Origin: Octopus vulgaris
Lineage: Eukaryota
Assembly: GCA_951406725.2 (NCBI GenBank)
Contig: OX597837.1
Location: 9,238,001-9,302,000, forward strand
Length of the DNA stretch: 64,000 nt
Direction: 5' to 3'
The position numbers were made by a program, and so were the translations under genes. Below are positions 53,782 to 64,000 of the stretch, piece after piece (position 1 is the first letter of the stretch; each line of letters begins with the position of its first letter). The notes beneath the pieces were generated by a model. It saw only the letters and a program-made list of their open reading frames with translations, searched no databases and was not told where the DNA came from.

Positions 53782-54512
53782 AGTAGCGTGGAGTCTCTTA
53801 CCAATATATAAGATTAATAATGTCTGTCACAGAATTCTTTCGATGAGAATTAAATATTCAACTTTACAAAGTTGCATTGAAGATAGAAATATTTTCCTTG
53901 CCGCTCAACCTCTCTCTCTCTCTCTCTCCTTCTCTCTCTCTCTCACTCTCGATAAAATATTTGCAAGAATGATTATTCATACCGATTTGAGTTGACGCCT
54001 GTTTGTTCTTCTTCCTCACTTTCTCTCTTGACTCTGCGAATACCAAAATACAACCCTGGGTAAGCACAATATGGTAATTTCCACTCCTCAAAGAACTCCT
54101 GTTAATGTTCCTGCGAATATTTTTCTGTTTGTCTGAAATTTAAGATGCACAAAACACATCATACAACTGCGGTTGCGAACTAGAAGAATCTTTCATGTTG
54201 GAAAACCGGAAATATACCCGTATTAATACTGGGTATCTGCAATTGACCATCGTTTCTTCATTCTGCCACTATGTTCTTCAAATCAAAATTAGCTTTACAA
54301 TAAACTCGCCGAGCTTCATCTATAAACATATGTGTTTCTGTCTGTCTAATGTCTGTCTATTTGTTTAATTATCGGTCTGTCTACCCCAACCTCTCTCTCT
54401 CTCTCTCTTTCCCTTTTTATCTATCTGCTCATCTGTCTAATTTTCTATTTATCTGTCTGTCTGACCCATCCATTTGCCAATCATTCTATCTATCTAGTTA
54501 TCTATCTTTCCT

Positions 54513-54543
<31 letters not shown>

Positions 54544-54567
54544 CTCTATCTCTCTATCTATCTATCA

Positions 54568-54614
<47 letters not shown>

Positions 54615-54627
54615 ATCTATCTATCTC

Positions 54628-54697
<70 letters not shown>

Positions 54698-54699
54698 AT

Positions 54700-55288
54700 C
54701 TGAATGTATCTGGTGGACGCGTCTGAAAGGATTGGAGACAAACACTTTCCTCTCTGGTCAATCTCTCATCAACTTCTTCAAGTACCACTTGAAAAGGAAA
54801 GTGACAGTAGAGAGGCAAGTTTTGTCTAGCGAATGCTTTAAAAAAAGATGGGTGAATGTAGCAAGGATGGCACGTATGAATGACGAAACCACCTTAAGCA
54901 TAATCCTATGAACCCAGAAATTGAAAACAGAGAGTTGCTTATTCGCAAAAAAAAAAATAAATAAATATAACATGTGACTCCATTGACCGAGGTTACCGTG
55001 GTCTTTTCCGTAGGCTTATCTTTCCACGGGTAAACCTCACCTGTCCTCCCCTTTACACATCATATTGACATTTCTGTGATAACGATCCCTATTGATCAAA
55101 TTTTTTTTCCTCTCCCCCTTTTTTTTTAACCCCCCTTTTTTTTGTCCTCTTTCCCTCCTTTTACGATCCCTTTTGATCGAAACTCCCCCTTCCTTTTTTT
55201 TTTTCTTTTTAAACCTTCAAAAGAAAAGCTCTACCTTGTAATTTGTTCTATCTGTGTGCAGCCCTGTGTGGCTAATAAAGAAACATAT
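54700..55288 (+). mobile_element. Tx1/L1-like LINE 3' end inserted in (ATCT)n
   Basis: Reads WTRLKGLETNTFLSGQSLINFFKYHLKRKVTVERQVLSSECFKKRW, then a pyrimidine-rich UTR ending AATAAAGAAACAT. (CTAT)n on both sides. Confidence 0.6.
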
Positions 55289-55720
<432 letters not shown>

Positions 55721-56246
55721 GTCTGTCTATCTTTAATAAGGACTGAACGGGTGTTGAACAAGAACATCAAAAACACCATCACTAACACCACCATCACCAC
55801 CTCCAACAACAGCCGTCCAAGAATTTGGACCTGGAGATCTCCATTTCCAGCGACTTCGAGGGCCACCTCACACTGGTGTCGGGCGTCAACGAAGAGCCCT
55901 CCACTACAACAAGACGACCAATGTTTTTTTTTTTCCAAGGTCTGGGGTCTCCTGCCCCTAAGCCCTAGACCATCACCTAATCACCCTTACCCATCTAGTT
56001 ACTCAACAACAACATATGTCTTATATTCAATTTATGGAATTGTGGAGGTTATGACAGACATGCTCTAGGGATAATTGTAGAGCGAAGTGATAACGTGTTT
56101 AAGAAGTTCGCTTCCAACTGTGTCGACAACTTGGTCAAGTGTCTTGTATATAGCCTCGGGCACACAAATGCCTTACGAGAAAAATGAGGACTATAGCATC
56201 AATAAGGAAGCCACACATTCTATGAATCTCTGAACATTTGTGTAAA

Positions 56247-56312
<66 letters not shown>

Positions 56313-56362
56313 AGTATGCATTCATACATGTACGAACATACAACCCCCATATGCATATATGA

Positions 56363-56397
<35 letters not shown>

Positions 56398-56716
56398 AGT
56401 GTGTGTGTTGCATTGTATCTCGAGCACAAAGCAGATTGTGTTGAAATAATGTAATCAATAAATGGTAATTCTCGACAGATTAACGCCTTGAGTCTTTCTT
56501 TTGATAATAACGAACCGGGCAGCCTACTGGCGTTTTGGATACTCATATTACATACATACACTCACGCACACACATACACTCACACACGACACACACACAC
56601 AATTATAAACACACACACTTATGCACACACACACACATAAATATATATACACATGCTTATGTGCTTATCGTTATTCACTTACCTATATATATGCGTGTTT
56701 GTGTATGTATGTATAC

Positions 56717-56753
<37 letters not shown>

Positions 56754-56930
56754 CATACATAAATATATATAATATATGTATATATTTATATATACATATG
56801 CATATGTATATAAATATTCATATACATATGCACACACATTCATATATATATATACATATATACACACAGAAACATGCTTATGTGAATATCGTCATTCACT
56901 TAGCTATATATATATATATGTTTGTGTATG

Positions 56931-56989
<59 letters not shown>

Positions 56990-57524
56990 GTGTGTGTGTG
57001 TCTGTGTATATATAGGTATATGTATATTTATATATATGTATATATAGATATATAATATATATATATATACATACATACATATGCATATATATATATACAC
57101 ATATATATATATACACACACACACACTCTTCTCTCATCATCCCATACGCATTCTATTTCTCACAGCACATTTACATATACATACATACATTCATACATAC
57201 ACAAATGCATGCATATGTGCGTGTATGTCTCCGTGTATGTCTGTGTGTAACTGTAAATACCTTGAATCCTTCATGTAAGGACGGTTGTTGTAACACTCTG
57301 AAATGGAAATAAATCTGATACAAATACCCTCAGACTAAAAGGTTACCCTCAATGCAGTGCTCCGTTATGGCCGCGCCCCAATGACATTAACTCTGACAAA
57401 AGAATTGAATCTCCCTCAAACTAAAATAAAGGGAACACGTTCAAGATTATGGAATATAAATTACACTTTTTCATGAAGAGAAAGGCGGGTTCGAATCGTT
57501 GAAGTTATCAGTTAAACATTGAGT

Positions 57525-57825
57525 ATGCATAGCCTAGTGTGTAGGGTGGCACACTCAATGTTGTGAGATCGTGGTTTCAATTCCTAGACTCGGTGTTGCG
57601 TCGTGTTCTTGAGGAAAATGCTTCATGTCACATTCCTTTGTCATTATTTCGAGACCTAACTTTTGGTACACCGTGCTTCTGTTCGGGCAACATCGATTTG
57701 ATGAAATGTGTGAGGTACTATTCGGCACACACCTTTGATCACTATAAACAAATCATTCGTGCAGACTGTACAGCAAGACATTGCAGAACCGTCATTCTCG
57801 GACAACGAAGGATTACCATCATACG
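57525..57825 (+). mobile_element. Degenerate tRNA-derived SINE with CORE-like middle
   Basis: TAGCCTAGTG...GGTTTCAATTCC then gttgcgtcgtgttcttgagg... Confidence 0.5.
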
Positions 57826-58194
57826 TTGAACACTAGGAGGCATACGAAGTTGCGGTTACAGTGCATTGGTCCAAGGCACGGAAACCCAAAGCAGGGCGAG
57901 CGAGCATTTCAGAGGTCACTAAATTAATAAGAATATCACATTATTATATAGTTTTCTTGAACTCGAAGCGTCGATTATTTCTGGGTTACCCCGAAACCAA
58001 TATTTTATTCCCCATCTTGCCAAATTTGTCTCGGAGACTCTGTTAAGCATCATATGAAGCCAGAGGGATGCAACTTGAAGAATGATACACCCAGACGGAA
58101 TCTAGTTGGACACATTTCGTTTACTATAAATTACTCGCCGTTATTTAAACTGGTTATTTAAATTGTTTTCTAATTAAGGCACAAGGGCAGCAAT

Positions 58195-58622
58195 AACTAT
58201 TTCTACTCAAGGCCTTGAAAATTTGGGTGGAAGGGGTCAAGTCGATTACAGTGACCACAGCGCGTAACTGGTATTTATTTCACCGACCCCGAAATGATGA
58301 AAGGTAAAGTCGACCTCGGCGGAATTTGGACTCAGAACGTAGCAGCAGACGAAATGCCGCTAAGCATTTCGCCGGCGTGCTAACGATTCTACCAGCTCAC
58401 CGCCGTCACAAGGCCAATAATAATAATTTCTACAATAAGAATAAGGTCTGAAATTTTCGGGTAGGTGACTAGTAAATTAGATCTACCCCAGTACGCAACT
58501 GGTACCTAATTAATCGACCCCGAATGGATGAAAATCTAAGTCAACTCAGCGGAATTTGAACTCAGAGCGTAAAGACAGGTGAAATGCTCGGAGTGCTAAA
58601 GATTCTGCCAGCTCGCCGCCTT
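58195..58622 (-). repeat. Two tandem SINE B copies
   Basis: Both have the core and the head (ttct.ccagctc.ccgcc), each followed by caaggccaataataat. Confidence 0.8.
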
Positions 58623-59104
58623 CGCAAGGCCAATAATAATGACGGGAAAAGATTAACTGATAGCAATGTTCCCAGTACTTAGCTAGGATTTTATTTTATC
58701 GGCACCGAAAAGATCGAAGACTAAGTTGATTTGAAAAGCTGATCAATTGTAATAAAATAACAAATCGCTTCTATGTTAAGGCCACACACTTTCCGCACCA
58801 AATAAATATATTTGCGTGTATGCGAGAGTATGTCTGTAGGTATGAAAAATGTACGTCTGAAGTACATTTCTTTTTCCAGTTATTTTATTTCGAACTAATT
58901 TCGTTGTTTTATTTTTGCCTTTTTTTAATTTTGATTTTCTTTTCCTTCTTCTCAAAAAAAATAATAAAACTACGGTGAAAATATTTCTCCTAGTGCCAAT
59001 CATGACAGTGAAAATTGTACATTTTAAATTATTTGCCTGCAAATTATCTCAGACATTTACGATTCTGTTCTCCCTTCCATCTTTCCAAGGACGCGCTTAC
59101 ACAC

Positions 59105-59154
<50 letters not shown>

Positions 59155-59969
59155 TCCTCTTAATCACACCTCATCATTTTAACTAAACTCAGTCTATTCC
59201 CGTCTCTATATTGGCTCTTTTTTTTCTCCCAGTATTTTATTCATTTTTTCGTTGTAATCTTTTATTGTTTTATACTTGTTGCTGTTGCTGCTGCTACTGC
59301 TGCTGCTGCTGCTATCTTTGTTCTTGTTGCTCTTGTTGTTGTTGCTATTTTCTGTTTTAGACCTACTAAATTTTCAATGTTCTTTTCGTTTCTTTTTGAT
59401 TTTTTCAGAAATAAATAACACTTTGCACCAGGGTAGAATATAACGAAACCTTAGGAAAAAAATGTGTGAAAACAACAACACAAACACACAACAACTCCAA
59501 ACGTCCTTAAAAGTTGTTGTTGTTGTTGAGTTCGGTTATAAATTTACAGAAAACTTTATTTTACCCGTTTTATTTTTAGCTAAGTTTTCATTTGTTTTTC
59601 TAAACTTATTTCTAGACTTCTTTTTTTTTACATATATATAATTAAGTGGATAACTTAAGAAAGAAATCTTGAAAAACTTCTAAAGTTTAAATTTTTATTT
59701 AAATATATGAAATTTTATTTATGTACATGATATATACATACATACATACAAACGAGCATATATATATATATATATATATGTCAAATTTTCCGTCTTTTTA
59801 AAAATTTTCTGGTTAAGTTTTAAAAAATTACCATTGAAATATATATATATAGATAGATAGCTATAGATATAGATATATATGTATGCATGCATATATATGT
59901 ATGTAAGTATGCATATGTATATATATCTACAAATATAAATATATATATGTATATGTGTATATATATGCT

Positions 59970-60001
<32 letters not shown>

Positions 60002-60052
60002 ATTTTTATATGTATATGTACATATTTATTAATATATGTACATACGTATGTT

Positions 60053-60121
<69 letters not shown>

Positions 60122-60526
60122 GTATTTGTGTATGCATATGATGTGTAGTTTTGTAATGAACATATTTTTATTCATAATTAGAGCTTTTTACTTCCTCCAC
60201 AACAAATATATCGAAAACTTTTTGGCTTTCAAATATTAAGTAATTCAAGTAGGAACTTATAAAAAATTTAAAAAAAGAAAACCAAGCAACAGATTCTAAA
60301 AACAAATTTCAATTTTATATTTTTGCTCACTTTTTTTTTAATTGATTTTATTTTATCAGCTAATGTTACTTTATGCTAAGCAACATTCATCAATAATTTT
60401 CTTCTTTCTTTCTTTTCCATGATTTTTTCCTTCCTTTTGTTTTTATAGTTTCTTTCATTCTTTGCTTTTTTAAAGTCTCTCCGAATAAAATTCTGTCTGT
60501 CATTTTATCCTTCCATGAATATATAT

Positions 60527-60759
60527 AAATGAACGAGAGCGCTAATAAAGGATTATCCAAAATTCTGACTGAGAAAAAAGAGGCAGTCAGAATTTTGGAT
60601 AATCCTTTATTAGCGCTCTCGTTCATTTTTTGAACTCGTCAAGATAAAATAAAAATCAAATCTATCGTTTCGATTTTGATTTTGTCTTGACGAGTCCTGA
60701 AAACGAACGAAAGCGCTTATAAAGGATTATCCAGAATTCTGACTGTCTCCTTTTTCTCA
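60527..60759. mobile_element. Palindromic (fold-back) MITE with an extra perfectly mirrored arm
   Basis: 60570-60759 is self-complementary. 60527-60571 is a perfect 45-bp inverted copy of 60584-60628. Confidence 0.8.
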
Positions 60760-61334
60760 ATATAAAATATCTATACGCTACTGCAAATACGCTATACATA
60801 CGTACATATATACATACATACGCACACATTAAAGTACCGCCACAGAGCGGAAAAGAACGATGTTTGAAGGTGCCATAGGATTAAATTATTAACTGAACGT
60901 TACCCGGGACACATAAACGGGGTGGTATTTGACAAGGAAAAGTATAAAAGGTTACAAGAACTATTTAAACGTGATGTGAACCCTTTCGGGGAAGAAACTG
61001 AATTTGAAGAACTAGCAATAGTAGTTACATTGGAGGAGTTAATGCCTCTAATGAATGGTGATAATGGAATACTTTAAAAGAGAAAAAATAATAGACTTTT
61101 TAACAAAGGAGAAAAAGAAAAGAAAAAAGGAAATAGATATAAATTTTTTAAGAAAACAGAAAAAAAGATGTAAAAAGAAAAAAAAGACAACTTTCATAAC
61201 TTGTGTAAATTAGCAGTAAAATGGTACTGCTTGAGAAGTGGGGTTCAATGCAGCCATTTCATTGTTATCATTTCATTAAACATTTCTTTGCATTTTCATA
61301 TATATATATATATGTTAATATTCTTCTATATCGT

Positions 61335-61388
<54 letters not shown>

Positions 61389-61477
61389 TGTATGTATGTA
61401 TTACACATATCAAGAAATTCAATTTTTATAGCAACAACGCTATAAATATGATACCCCACACAGTTAAATATATATAT

Positions 61478-61696
61478 ATATTTCTTTACTACCCACAAGG
61501 GGCTAAACACAGAGAGGACAAACGGATAAAGTCGAATATATCGACCCCAGTGCGTAACTGGTACTTATTTACTCGACCCCGAAAGGATGAAAGGCAAAGT
61601 CAACATCGGCGGAATTTGAACTCAGAACGTAACGGCAGACGAAATACCGCAAAGCATTTCGCCCGGCGTGCTAACGTTTCTGCCAGCTCGCCGCCT
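61478..61696 (-). mobile_element. SINE B monomer (long tail)
   Basis: Reverse complement of 6742-6977 with a small deletion. Confidence 0.85.
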
Positions 61697-62035
61697 ATTA
61701 AATATATATATATCGTGGATTAATACGTATATCTCCACATAGACATTCTATGATATGTTCCAGATTAGTCCATCGCTTTCTAGTTTATTCAATTAGAAAT
61801 ACATATGGTTGACAAAACAAGATTTAATATAATTGACATAAATTTTCCTCTTCAACAGCCTCACCGATAAAAAAAATATTTCTATGTTAGATGAGTTCCG
61901 AGCTACATAAGAAACGTGTGAAAATTAATCCGTGTCTGACATTCCATGATTTTGATTTCTTAGATATACATATTCCTATAAGTATACCTATACATACGTA
62001 CACATATGCATAGATACATAGATATAATATGCGTG

Positions 62036-62069
<34 letters not shown>

Positions 62070-62070
<1 letters not shown>

Positions 62071-62314
62071 AGGGAGAATTCACAAAAAAGAAAAGACGAA
62101 AACAGGTGGTGTAGACAACAGACAGATGTAGTAGTTTAACGCTCGAGAAGTGAAAAGTCTTAAACGATTCGAGCCTACGCTCTTCCATAGAAAGAAACAA
62201 GGAGAGTAATTATAGAATGTGTAGAGGCTAGCGATCTATCATGGCGAATGACGGACAGAGGGGTCACGCAGGAGAGCTAGGAAGAAGGGGAGATAATAAA
62301 GTAATGGTGATCCC
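62070..62314 (-). mobile_element. Family D element, diverged
   Basis: Minus strand ttctatggaagagcgtaggctcgaatcgtttaagac, homologous to 43454-43492. Confidence 0.65.
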
Positions 62315-62508
62315 AAATATGTATGTATACGTGTAGGTATGCATACATATACATAATACATATATATGTCATATATATGCATGCCTACAAGTATATAATC
62401 ACAAATATGTATGCAGCCTTCAAGCAGATATAAATTTATGAACGGATATATGTATGTATTTATTACTCTATCTATCGATCTACTTGTCTACATGCATACA
62501 TTGCATAC

Positions 62509-62539
<31 letters not shown>

Positions 62540-62707
62540 CGTATGTGTGTGTGTTTTTTTTGTATGTATGTATATATCAACACATATACAGACACACACA
62601 CACACACGTAAATATATATATATATGACTTATATGTGCATAACATAGATGAGATAAGATGCTTAATGTATACGCATATACCATCTATATATGTATATATA
62701 TATATTC

Positions 62708-62748
<41 letters not shown>

Positions 62749-63278
62749 CATAACTACCCACCTATATTTTTATCTGCTTGAAAATCTATATATCTATATG
62801 TACATATGTAACTTTGTCCGTGCGTACTTATACATACATATATTTGCAAATATATATATATATACACGCTTCAAAACATAAATATATGGTTGTTTGATAA
62901 ATTATGATATCACATTGTAAACAACAGACTAACATTTACTAACGGTCATCTGATAAAAGCTATTATATTATAGGGAAATATATGAGAGCAATGCGGAAGA
63001 ATAATTCCGGACACACAGATGTATCCGCCAGAATACACACACGATCATACGCGGGCATACACATAAACACACACGTATATCCATAAATAAAATAGATATA
63101 GTGAGAGTAAAATTTTCCCATTATTTTTCTACCAACTAATATTTCAAAGATATATGTATAACTTTATTGCCATAAATATAAGTATATATCCGCAAAGAAA
63201 TACAAAAAAAAAAATGGATACACATAACCACACGTGCAAACATATACTTATAACTTTCCATACACGTTTGTATGTAGG

Positions 63279-63311
<33 letters not shown>

Positions 63312-63526
63312 CTGTGTTTGTATGAATAAATATATATATATATATGTATATATGTATATATGTATATATGTATATGTGTGTTTACCTATATGTATACATA
63401 CACATATACATATATATATATGTGTGTGTATGTGTACCCATGTATATATATATGTGTACATACACACATATATATGTATCTCCATATTTGTCTATATATA
63501 TATATGAATATATATATACACACACA

Positions 63527-63569
<43 letters not shown>

Positions 63570-63908
63570 TTATATATACATACATACACACACATATATA
63601 CATATTGCTGTTATTTTCTAAATTGTTGCATTTCAAGTATTGTTTTCCGTCTCCATCACATACTAATATATGATTGAATACACATCCGCAAAAGCATGGA
63701 TACATACAGCACAAATATATATATACACATGCCTACATTTCTGAACCAATTATATATAGTTTTCTGTAGCTACAAAAGTACAAATATACATGTATATACG
63801 AATTCAAACATACACACGTACACAAAAACACATCTGTAAGAATAAGCCTGCAAACAAATATATATTTATAACAACACATGTGTATGTATATGTGTGTATA
63901 TATGTATA

Positions 63909-63967
<59 letters not shown>

Positions 63968-64000
63968 AGTTATATATATAAATTTAAATATAGATATTTT

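Overview
Very AT-rich, microsatellite-saturated eukaryotic non-coding DNA. The repeat content looks like an octopus (coleoid cephalopod) genome; that is recognition, not a database result. I cannot support any intact host gene. Almost all ORFs in the track are translations of (TA)n, (CA)n, (ATCT)n or (AAT)n tracts, or of SINEs. The real coding remnants are all transposon-derived: a 5'-truncated, singly frameshifted Penelope-like element (PLE) with RT and GIY-YIG (~4020-5650); a second PLE GIY-YIG fragment (~10420-10700); two decayed R4/Dong-type RLE LINEs; a Helitron Rep/PIF1 remnant; RTE-type 3' fragments, one nested inside another; and Tx1/L1-like 3' ends sitting in microsatellites. At least four tRNA-derived SINE families, MITEs and non-autonomous Helitrons are also present. 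The most interesting signal is a set of PLE-type elements, mostly embedded in (TA)n, carrying type-I hammerhead-ribozyme folds: two with a canonical core, two with a U3 variant and one family with a recurrent non-canonical core. Their inversion breakpoints cluster in or beside the ribozyme. A second signal is a SINE family that forms head-truncated ~184-bp tandem arrays, with a higher-order repeat and fold-back duplications.
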